Shown here in pieces: positions 1-10,793 of a stretch of DNA of 53,544 nt (the stretch's first letter is position 1; each line of letters opens with the position of its first letter). The notes under the pieces are model-generated. The model ran no database searches. It saw only the letters and a list, made by a program, of their open reading frames with translations, and was not told the origin of the DNA. A program made the position numbers and the translations under genes. Origin of the DNA: Paraglomus brasilianum (taxonomy: Eukaryota); assembly GCA_910592345.1 (NCBI GenBank), contig CAJVPI010000105.1, forward strand, positions 1 through 53,544, read 5' to 3'.

Positions 1-500
1 TTTTATCCTTTACTGCACCGGAAGTCTTCCATACCCGCAAATTTACTCAGAAATCAGACATATATGCATTTGGTATTGTTATGTATTTGATTGCCTCTGG
101 TGAACCACCTTTTAGAGATAGGCAGTTCGATGGAGATTTAATATGTGACATTATGGGCGGACTACGACCATCGATGCCTGATTCTGCACCAGATGAATAC
201 AAGAAACTTGCTGAGTGGTGTTGTGATGCTGATCCTGACAAGCGCCCAGATGCAAATACACTTTGTAATAACATTCACGGGCTTATTTGTGGAGGTACTT
301 CTAACAGCAACGCATGGAATACTGTCTATCATAATGGTGTAAAACCCTTATGAGTTAAATACTCTAGTAAGCTCTTTCCTGCAGGAGAATTACCTAAACC
401 AAGAAATAGCTATGTTGATACAAATAAAGTCAATATACAGTGTTAATAATATCCATTTCTTATAATTTAGAGACTCAAACTCTTTTTGAATAAGCTTGTA
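1..500 (+). pseudogene. 3' end of a TKL protein kinase gene (begins before the window), apparently pseudogenised paralogue of the kinase at 37463-40155
   Basis: Frame from nt 3 reads FTAPEVFHTRKFTQKSDIYAFGIVMYLIASGEPPF...CCDADPDKRP (subdomains VIII-XI), close to 39600-39960. TGA at 351-353 interrupts the conserved tail, which continues in frame (KYSSKLFPAGELPKPRNSY). The paralogue's last splice donor is missing. Confidence 0.8.
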
Positions 501-1056
501 ATTTACCAGTTTTATTCAAAGGTTTACTCCTCTTCGAATGTCAATATGGTTGAGTTAACAAGATGCCGAAATAAAATCGCGCACGTTTACCGTTAGCTGC
601 CTTTGCCGGGGTAGAAAATATAGAGTGCATTATTTATTACAAAGTATATTGAGACCAATTTCTAAGTTTATGAAACTGGTAATGAGTTTAATCTAATCGT
701 TTCAGGGTTGGTGCGAAGGCTGAGAGACATTTGATGGAATGGCATAGTCAAATTAAGATTTATTATGTAAATAACAATTTATACGTCAAAAACTTTTGAA
801 CCCCTTCCCACATATGGGTTCTTATCCTATTTATTATTTTTTAGATGTCAAAAGATTAAAGGTCGCAAGCCAAAACGATAAAATAAGTAAAGAATATATA
901 CAGACATCATATTCAAGAATTCTGAAAACGTATCGTAACATCATGTTCATAGTGGCATAAACGGCAGAGGAGCATTCAAGCTGATAATATAAACAGTGAC
1001 GAAGAAATAAAATTTATGCTGCATTCTGAGAGTGTAATTTCTCCTTGCAAAGATAA

Positions 1057-1200
1057 TACACTGTCGCTCTCGATAAGATGAAGTCATATTATTGAGAGTT
1101 CATTATAACGAAATCTTTTTATATATTATAACCAGAAAAAACCTCATCTTAGCCCAACATCATCTTATCAGGAAATCGTTATATCGAGAGTGACTGTGTA
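1057..1200. mobile_element. Short MITE-like element (Tc1/mariner-pogo type ends)
   Basis: Inverted ends TACACTGTCGCTCTCGATA (1057-1075) and TATCGAGAGTGACTGTGTA (1182-1200), 17/19 match, TA at both outer ends. Confidence 0.5.
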
Positions 1201-1467
1201 GTTATTAAAAGTGTCTTCAACTGTCAAACAATTTTATTTGCTTATAATCGTAAAATCTATACTAATTCCCATATCATCTCTTTTTCATTAATCTATCTAT
1301 GTGTAGATGAGAGTTGCTGAAAAAGGAAATTATTATTCAGAACTTCTATACCATTAACATATTTATGGATTTACATTTTGCTTTTTTTTTTTTTTTTTCG
1401 TACTCATTGATCTATAATTTTTATCCTATATTATCCAATGTTCAACGTCTATTATAACCCACCGCTT

Positions 1468-4400
1468 TTATAGTCTGTTGTTTAAAGCATCAAGAATCCC
1501 TTGAGCCAAAGACTCAAGCTTAGAAATTCTTTCCTCAACACCATGCATAGTCTTCGTCGCTCTTTCCTTTTTATACCATTTTTCAACTAAATCCGCATTA
1601 GCGTAATAAAATATATGCTTTGGAAACCATTCCCTATTGTGATGCTCTTTTGAGCTGAGAAGCATTTCTTCAACTACAATCAGGTATTCGGCTCGTAGTA
1701 CGAGAATCATATTTTTTTCATCTTCTTTCACAGTCTCGACAACCGCTCTGCAGATTAGAAAAAGTATAGTGTGGGGGATATTGCCATAAAAAGATAATAA
1801 CAAAACACGTCGATAACAATAATTTACACTTACGTCATTAAAGCGATAAGTATGTTCTGCATCATTGTAACTAGTATGAGAGTGCCTATTACTAAGATTA
1901 CGGTGAGAGTGAGGAAGTTTTGATTTTGAACCAATGGGGAAGTGCCACTAGTCCAAAAGAAGACTTGTACTACAGAGTTAGCTATGTTGTTGAAAGTGCT
2001 GTCGCCAGAACTGGAACTGTTACTACTAGAATTGTTTGAACTGCCCGAATCACTCGAGCCACCACCACCACCACCACGTAGTTTGGATACCATGCTTGAT
2101 ATCATATTGTCAGAACTGTTATTACTGCTTGCAGCTGTGCTGTCGTTTGCAGGATTTGATAGCAAAACAAATCTATGACAGCAGAAACGTTGTTACAATT
2201 AAATCCAAACATAATTCAAAGAGATGACCGAAAAAGGGCACTTACATTGTATGTCCGTATCCTATAATGAATAAAGCCATAACTACCAGGAAGCGATAAG
2301 TATGTTTGAGTATCGATATTGGAGTGCTAACGTAATGTCCAATACCTAGAAAGAGAATTTGATCTTGTGTTAATAATTGATTATTAAAATAACACCTAGC
2401 TTATATGAAACTTTGTTACCGTTTACGACTCTAAGCATGAGAATCTAAATAAATAAAGTAACAGGTATTTGTTAAAATTTCTTACGTCATCAATCTCAAT
2501 TATTTTTATCACAGCAATACTTACAAATTGTACCCATAGACTCAGAATAGCGAATGCAGAATAAATAACGATAGTCTGCGCCCCGTTCGCCAGAACCCCA
2601 ACGGAATCCAGAAGCATGAGAATATTGGCACCAACAGCGGCTATGATGGTCAGTAACTCGATCCATGCATAAGTGCTTCTTGGATTAACCCTCAGTTTCT
2701 TCAAGGCGAACAATAGAAAGAATACATAATTGAAAACCATAATAAGCGCATAAAATGTCATCAATTTCGAGCGTTCTGCATTCAACCAGTGCCATATCAG
2801 GGCCGAAAACATTATGAAGCAAACACAGTAATATACAAGATACTGGGTAAATTTGTTTTGCCCATATTTCCTCCATTTAAAATCGACCACCGCCTCCATA
2901 CAGGGACTCTCGAAGATAGAACTTGACGGAAGTAATTTGAATAGATTGAGAAAAGGACTGCATGCACATTCGATCGACCTTCTCATGGATACCATGTATA
3001 GAAGGTTAACTGCCGGAATCCAGAGTAAGAATGAAGGTTTCGACAATCGAGACAATCTCTCTGCTGTCTCGCTCCAGAAAGTCGGTTTTTCGGGCCGAGC
3101 TGATTTCCTTGCTGCATTGGTATTGCCATCGAATTCCGGTAGAGGCACCAGACACAGTGTCCCAAATCTATGTCTCTGTTCTGACGGCAAAACCGTATAC
3201 ATCGACTTGAACAACCTTGCAAAGAAATAAATAGACTTTAACACATTGTGCCGAGTCTTTTGGGTGAATGTTAGCGAGTCGTCATCCAGTTCTGGCGGTG
3301 GTTGTAGTTTGGGAATGAAATCGATCGATCGCACCCTGCTTAGTCGTTCCGGAGATACGCTAACGTCGCAATATTGAAAGTCACTCGGATCGACAGTCTT
3401 TGCTCCAAACACTGCTGAATTTGAAAAGTATTCATCAACAATATCTAGTAAAGGCACAGAGATATATTTTAATTAAATGAATTAGTAAAGTGATTTAATG
3501 TGCTTGTTACTTTTTTTTTTATGCTTCAGCTGACCTTGGTGTTTTCTATATAACAGTGGTAGAGCACTTGAAAATGTCGCCATCCAGCCGACTGCCTCTA
3601 ATGCATTCTTACTGTAATGTCTTAACATTTTTCTTAGACTTTCTCTGCTAATCCCCGACGCAACGGTCAAATCGCTTTCATAATACTGATATCCATCACC
3701 ATAAAACTGTGGTCGATGTAGACATCTCCCCGGTTTCAATATTTCAGCAATGATATCGTCGTCCTTTGTAAGCAACAATGTCCTCATGATCTTGTATCTT
3801 GAATCCATCAATTGCCAGACGTCCGGTTGATTTTCAATGACGTTATAAATGGCTCGGCGTGCACATGATTCAAGATCTCGTATTCTCTTTGAATTCCGAA
3901 TGTATGCTGACGTGTTGGGTGTCTGTTGTTGTATCCGTTTGATGAATGCAAAACTGTTGACGAGTGGTACCACTGATTGTCTCAGGTGATTTCCATCTTT
4001 AAATAAATTGTATATGCGGATAACAGTGTCTTCCTTTTCATCATCAGTTGCTACTTTTATTATTAAATCATGTTCTCCTTCACGTCTATGAGTGTGGTGT
4101 TTAATTTTTACAATATTTGATTGGAGGTCGGATATGTGATCATGCGCGGCCCAGAGGAATATCGGTTTGTTGAGATTCTGCCATATCTGTATTGTATCTT
4201 CACCAACGATCAACCACAAAGATCTCGAACTATCCAGGGCTTCTGACCGGTGCGGTCTTCCGGTCCTTTCCCAGGGTTCGAAATTAATGGCATCGGGTAA
4301 TAGACCGTATTTTTTTTCCGACATAGGCAATGGTCTCTCAGGTATACTTAATAACTCTCGGGATTCGTTCGAATTAATCACCAAACTAGCGAGTAGAGGA

Positions 4401-5646
4401 GAGTTACAAGGCGTCTCGTCTGCAACCATATTGATTGGATCTAATTTCGTTGGTTTACCATCCGCTTCAACATAAAATAGCCCACCCACGGTCTGTATTA
4501 TAGGATGATGCTTTGATACCCTAAAACCAAAGTCCTTTTTCGAAAACCGACTGAACGAGTGATATTCCGTATTTGTGTAAAACTCTGATAGTTCATAAAT
4601 CGTATGGCGATAACCATGTTTGTTTTCAATTATGGTAAATAGCTTTTGATCATTGTCGATAAACGCCATGAACACAGGATGACCATATTTTTCTGAACAT
4701 AGCATATCAATGTCTCTTTTTTCTGATCTTAGGGTAGCCACATGTATGCCGCTTTCCATAAGATATACGCTTATTTGTCCCTTTTTATCGCAAGCAGCCA
4801 GGAACTTTGAGTTGGATGATATCGTAACAAAAGGGATAAGAGCAACCATGACTGCTTCAATGTCGTTGATCGGAGCGTGTCGAAAGTTTTGTACCAACTC
4901 GCCATTCGTCACGTCAAAAAGATCAAGCCCTCCCGATGGATCGATGCTTATAAGAAACCGATCGATAATTTGCCTATCCAGTAACAGATTCTGTTTGTAT
5001 GCCTCTTTTACTGATAGTTTCTGCATCATTGGGGGTGGATACATAAACAGTTGTCGTTTCTGCTGTTTGTATATGTTGCACAGCGTATAAGTAGTTTCTT
5101 GGAGAACGACCACCGTTTCGTTATCGATAAATCGAATTACGCCACCAATGTCCAAATCAACAATAATAGTGTTTGTTGCAGCGTCGACTATTCTTGTTGA
5201 GCCAACACCCAGACTATCCAGATCAAAGATACCGTCTTTGCGTATGTTTACTTCTATTAATGCTTTCTTTGGAAGTGTGTCTGGGGATATGTTAAACACG
5301 GACAATGCTATGGTATGATCATCTGCTACTGCAAGTGAGATGTGACCTCCCTTGGCAACTAGACTTGCTGCAAAATTTTGTGGGAGACTTATTTCGTCTT
5401 CAACGGGTCTTGCTGTTCCACATGTCGATATACTGTATATCTTTATTGCGGTAGCGTCTGTAAAATTGCAAACAAAAGGTTAACTCTGCTTGATACTAAA
5501 ATGAATCGTAAATAAAAGATGATATCGAAATCACTTTTTTTTTTTTGCTCACCAGGATCGATTACCACAACATTTTGTCCGTTAGGGCTTACAGAAATAC
5601 AGCTATAATTATCTACTACCTTGGACTTTTCTTCATATTCTTCCAT
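1468..5646 (-). CDS. TRP-like 6-TM ion channel with N-terminal beta-propeller (WD40-like) region, paralogue A, ~1226 aa
   Basis: Seven exons with GT..AG: 5646-5553, 5457-3535, 3444-2525, 2444-2420, 2345-2246, 2172-1834, 1747-1468 (3681 nt, in frame). Propeller-like segments (CISVSPNG, VTISSNSKFLAACDKKGQISVY), pre-S1 PCMEAVVDFKW, six hydrophobic helices, pore helix FNNIANSVVQVFFWTSG, S6 QNILIALMT, TRP-helix-like LRAEYLIVVEE, C-terminal coiled coil. Intron positions match paralogue B. Confidence 0.85.
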
Positions 5647-7702
5647 GGACAGTGTTTCTTTATAAAAATGCAACAATACTGGCAGACTGTATTGCCTAGA
5701 AATGTCTTTCAACGAGCTACTAATCCAAAGGCTTACTAAGAAGAACGAGAGGGCTCTAAAAACCGAGACAGCGCATAACAATTTAATTATGTTAAAACGA
5801 TTGCTTGTGTGCCGTTGTTTTTGGCCTTTGTTTTGCTAGTCTTGGTAGCACTATTGCACCAAGCAGACAACATTCATTCCACTTTCGTGTATGATGGGCG
5901 TATGCGCAACATTGGTGCATATCTTGTTGTGTAGCTTTCTTTTCTGGGACTTTTTCTTAACACTTTTCGAGTAAAGACAATCACTCGGTTATCTCTTCCA
6001 ATACCAATTGTCTGTTGTTTCAAAAATGTTCAATGTTATACTACTCCTTGACAAACTAACGGGCATTAGCAGCAAAAAATATTAGTTATCAGACTTTTCC
6101 CCCGCATACTAACGCCCTGCCTTCCCCAAAAAGTATTCTCATATGTCGATCACGGAATCCACCATCGAATTCTATGGCATATTTAACATGTGAAATAAGG
6201 TTATAAAAACAATGGAACTCTGGGAAGACATTAGAATCGTATGAGTAGGCGGCATAAATGAGGCCTGTTAATTGCAGGTTAATGTATTAATATGCGAACG
6301 GTGTTATGCAAGGAACATAATTATTATTAGCATAGCAACGCACGTGACTGTGTATATGCAGGGTAATGGGGTCTCTCACCCTATCATAACAATAACAATT
6401 ACGCCCGTCTTATGTGCATTAGTATTGTTATGACAACAAAAGAACATATACGTCAGGTGACGATTGTTCATTTAAAGAAAACAGACATCAAGTTGTTTCA
6501 CCAAGTAGATCTTAGTATTAACCAAGGATAGTAATAGTAGAAAACTCACTAACGTTACTGTAATTTCTGTTAATAAGCTCATACTAGCAGACATACGTTT
6601 ATTGATTTCATTAATTAACTTGAAAAGATGGTGAACGTCTAAGCGAAAGTTTTACTATCCCCCGTAGCATCTAAAAGCATTTTGTACATTTCTCGCAACC
6701 GACCGTTGTGTGAAAATGACAGTTGAAGCCTCATCAGCCGATCAAACTGTGTTTGTTAGACTTTTATAGGTCAGTGCAGTTTCCATTATTTTATATTTAT
6801 TAGTGAGCAACAATATTAGATAATATATGGTAATTATTAATAATAATAACGTAAGTATTACTTATCTCAGTAATAGTAGACTTGATCGTTTATCTAATTA
6901 CGAATTCAAGATCGACGTTCATACCGTATATCACTCAAGATGGAATGATGTAATATCTCTAAAGTTCGTTTTAATTAGGGCCATCGATAATGATAATAAG
7001 GCAGACTTGATAACAGGCTAAGTTATCGTAGCTGACATTCTAATTCCAACTATAAATCTTTGTCTTCTCCGATATATAAGGGAATCTGAAATTTATACTA
7101 TTAGACGTGCTGAATATTTGGTTTTTTTTCGCCTCGAAATATAATAGTCATTATTTGTTACTAGTGTTGTACGCTACTTACGATTGTAACAATTAGTATT
7201 AAGCATAGTAATATTTATTAATAATAACGAAAGAATACGAGGCAAGGGGAAAAAGAAAAGAAATAAGAGAAAAAAGTTGGTTGTTTTTCGTAATGCAATA
7301 TTAAATATTTAAGAGATGGTAACTTGACAAAAGGAATATTGTCAAAACGGGAAAATGTTAGGTTTTTTTTTTTTTTTTTTTTTTTTTTTGGAAATGAAAT
7401 TAGCGATATGATTTACATTCGTATGGTAGTTAAAGCCGTCTTGACAGAAAAAAATTGTTGGGCAGATATTTAAAAATGAACAACGTCTGTATATAAAAAT
7501 AGTGATGTGTTATAATTAAATTCTTGCATTAAACCGTATTAAATTTAGCAGCCTTTCTTTATTAAAAGCTCTAACCACGGCACTGTCTCCAAAACATTCT
7601 TCATGCAAAATTGATCATGTTAATCTTTTTGTGCATCGATAAACTCAGCAGAACGAGTGACCGCGAACGCTGAATTATATCGAGAACTACATAAGGTCGG
7701 CG

Positions 7703-7954
7703 CACCTGTTTCAACCAATTCAGACGATCGATTTAGGGGTGTGTTGGAATTTTTAAAGCCGATCGAGGTTCGGTGATTCATATTAATTTCGCCTGGTGCA
7801 CCAGTGGTGCACCATATATAGTACATGTGAGCTATTAGGGTTAGGGTAAATTTGCAGATCTCAATGGTGCACCACTGGTGCACTAGGCGAAATTAATATA
7901 ATCATCGATCGATTATGCCGATCGAGATTCGAGTTTTGGGGGTTGAAACAGGTG
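7703..7954. mobile_element. 252-bp MITE-like element with an internal hairpin whose loop contains (TTAGGG)2
   Basis: Perfect 14-bp TIR CACCTGTTTCAACC (7703-7716) / GGTTGAAACAGGTG (7941-7954), flanked by direct repeat GTCGGCG. Internal 36-bp inverted repeat 7780-7815 / 7864-7899 (1 mismatch). TTAGGGTTAGGG at 7835-7846. Confidence 0.7.
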
Positions 7955-8755
7955 GTCGGCGTGAGAAATTTAACTGAATCTCGTGATCAAAGTAACATTA
8001 AATGCGTGTGGATGGCGGCAGATTAAAACGAAATCAGATTAAAACGAGACCTGGGACTTTTTTGGGATGGGGTGTAATCTGCAGTCACGATTATTTATTT
8101 ATTTCTGAAGAAGCATTTTCAAAGTGCTTATTGTTAATTTATTAATAACGCCAAATGATCCTCTTTAATTAAAACTGTACGAGCATTTCATTGACTGTAT
8201 GGATGGTCGGTATTCGAGCAAGACACGCTTTTTCACTCATAGCATTAATGTTGTGTATATTAATGTCTAGACAGATGCCTGATATGCAATATGCGCGCTC
8301 CTGCGAAACTACTACATATTTCATTCGTTCACTCGTGATGATGCCAAAGTTCCAGGGGTAAATTCACGTAACAGTTTACTTCTCGCGTATCTTAATATAA
8401 TGTTATAAGCACTTTCTTTATAATTATTTTTTCCATGCACGAATCTACAGTTGACTTTTCCTTATAATAAAGGCTTCAATATTTTCATAAAAGGTTTAAT
8501 ATACGTATGTTGGCCAAATCTTATGCCTGACAATAACATCAATATCCTTTCCGAGCGGGCTTCGTCCGCCACATGTCCTCTGTGGTTCACATGACGAGCT
8601 GGTTGAAGATTTTGACAAGTTTGACCTAATTAGTTTATAATATCCAGAATATTATAAACGACTGACGCACTCTTTGTTTCTAACAGGAGTGCCAAGTCTT
8701 TCTAAATTTGGAATTTCATAAAAATTCCGTTGATCGTTCGATCGTTCTGAAATCG

Positions 8756-10300
8756 ATGAGTTTTGGAGAAGTTAATAGTCGATTCATTCAGTGGTATAAA
8801 AGGAATGGGGGATACATGTCTGACAAAATATCATTCAAAGATTACTCATGTGTCAAATCTTTGCGCAGTTGCCACTTTATGTTAATCCGTCAACTTATTA
8901 CAAGCAGCCTCAAACGGTTCTCTTCAAAACGCCTATTCGCTCCTCAACTCTCAGACATTATCACTGGCTCCGCTCCTTCCCGACGATTTGTTTTCTAATT
9001 TTCGAAAACACAATTCATGGTTTCCTTTAATTCTTTGTTTGATGTATGAAAGAATTCGAAACGGAGGGAGTATTTAGCATCCTACAGAAAAAGTATACGA
9101 CTCCTATGTTCTGGGATAGTACTGGAGTAATAGGTGGGTTTAATCCAAGTGTATAATGGGCTAGAATTATAAAGTGATAGATGATCTATGTAGGGGGAGC
9201 TGAGGTAGGGTGAACCGGGCGGCTTATGGGGTAACTTGTATAATAGAGAAGTGACAATAAATGATATAATATGAAAAATTGACAGATAAAATCGGAAAAG
9301 AACATGCGGAGAAAGGATTTGTCGACTATTTGCTACCTGCGATTGAGGTATCGCGCGACTATATCTGATATAGCAAGTCCATATTCTTGTAGTTATATCT
9401 TAACATGCTATTGATTATTGACTCCACTCAAGCAGGATCATTCTGAGCTTTTTGATCCAACGGTCCAAAATCTATCCTTATTTCATCAGATAGGATCTAT
9501 GATAATGGCAAATGCTTTCTACAATAAACAGCTTCAAGATAAAAGTTATTTCGCGAAGACGATGGATTGGCTATGGTTGCAATCAAGAAAATAACAAAGG
9601 GTGAACAAATCGTAAGTATTCTTTTCAAAGATTGAGGTCATAAACGATTGAAACACAAAATTGTTAATCTGTTCAAAATTTTAGTATAACACATATGGAG
9701 ACTTATGCTCAGCAGGTCAGTTCCCATCCGCCATGATATTTTATAACTGCTTGTAGTTTCTCACATATCAGTTTCAATGATCTTATGGGTTCGTCGATAT
9801 GAAGAGAACGTAACGTGTTGGATGAGTAAGCATTAAAAATGGACGTTGAAAATTCAAGCTATATTTTTTTTTTTTACTAAATAAGGACTTCTAGTGTGTT
9901 TGTGATAGACATAAATGGTGACAAGATTTGTATAAGCTTATTAATTGGTCGAGTGTTTGTTGTAGCGAAAGTGCTTGCTTCCCCATTTCGACCTAAACTC
10001 CCGAAGCTCACATTGACGCACGAGATCCTATCATCATTGATAGAGCTGGTGGACAAGATATTAGACGATTACGAACTACCATTGAGGTACAACATAGCCT
10101 TATTAAGAAGACAAGATTATCGGTTACTATCGGTTATTATCAGTTCTCAACTAACTCGTGTTTTTTTTTCCTACAGTATGACGAGAAAATGATAAAACAA
10201 GTATATAACATGCCTGCCCACTTATATAATGCAGTAGTTGTCAGCTAAGTGAGAAAAAAAAAGATCGATTAAGGCGTCAGAGAAACTAGATTTATTATTG
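8756..10300 (+). pseudogene. Degraded SET-domain N-lysine methyltransferase gene, SETD6/Rkm4-like
   Basis: Ordered motifs in shifting frames: FIQWYKRNGGYMSDKISFKDY, WFPLILCLMYE, YTTPMFW, DKIGKE, LFHQIGSMIMA, LAMVAIKKITKGEQI|YNTYGDL, YGFVD, PKLPK. Several frameshifts and stops. The ADMLNH SET motif expected before the LF..GEQI segment is absent. The 3' end is approximate. Confidence 0.75.
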
Positions 10301-10793
10301 AAAAGAACGTTCAATGAGGAAATAATTGATTACACAACATCTATCGATATATATATATAGGATTATGCAGGTCTGCCATTCAACCTATATTTACAATATG
10401 TACGACATTGTACTTCAACGTCTTTCTTCTTGAGAGTTTCAGGTGCGCCAATCTGCAGGCAAACAATATCTTTAAATGGGTAATTACAATAACGCAAGAT
10501 ATCCGATAATGCATCGACAGTATTTTATAGTTAGTTGATGTATTTAGAAAGAGGACAACAGATTGAAAACAAAGTTATCACCGAACACAAAAATAACACA
10601 GGTTGTTCATTGCTGTGGATATACGTGGTATTCAAATAATACAAAAACCCTGCATCTGATTAACTTTCGTTTTCTATATTTTTAGTAACTTGCATTTTTT
10701 TGACATTTTCTGCGAATGTATTCATTTTTTGAAGCCGATATAATCCGCTAGTGTTGTTAAATATTCATTTAATCTTTTTCCGAAGAGAAGGCC

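Noticed and set aside
1942..5090. Plus-strand ORFs (1942-2178, 2853-3230, 4167-4475, 4710-5090) and similar antisense ORFs over other genes
   Set aside because: Antisense shadows of well-supported genes with no independent motifs.
6815..7195. LTR-like segment ending TGTAACA with ATTAG on both sides
   Set aside because: The left end lacks the TG terminus, so it is not called as a feature. It is used only as a composition example.
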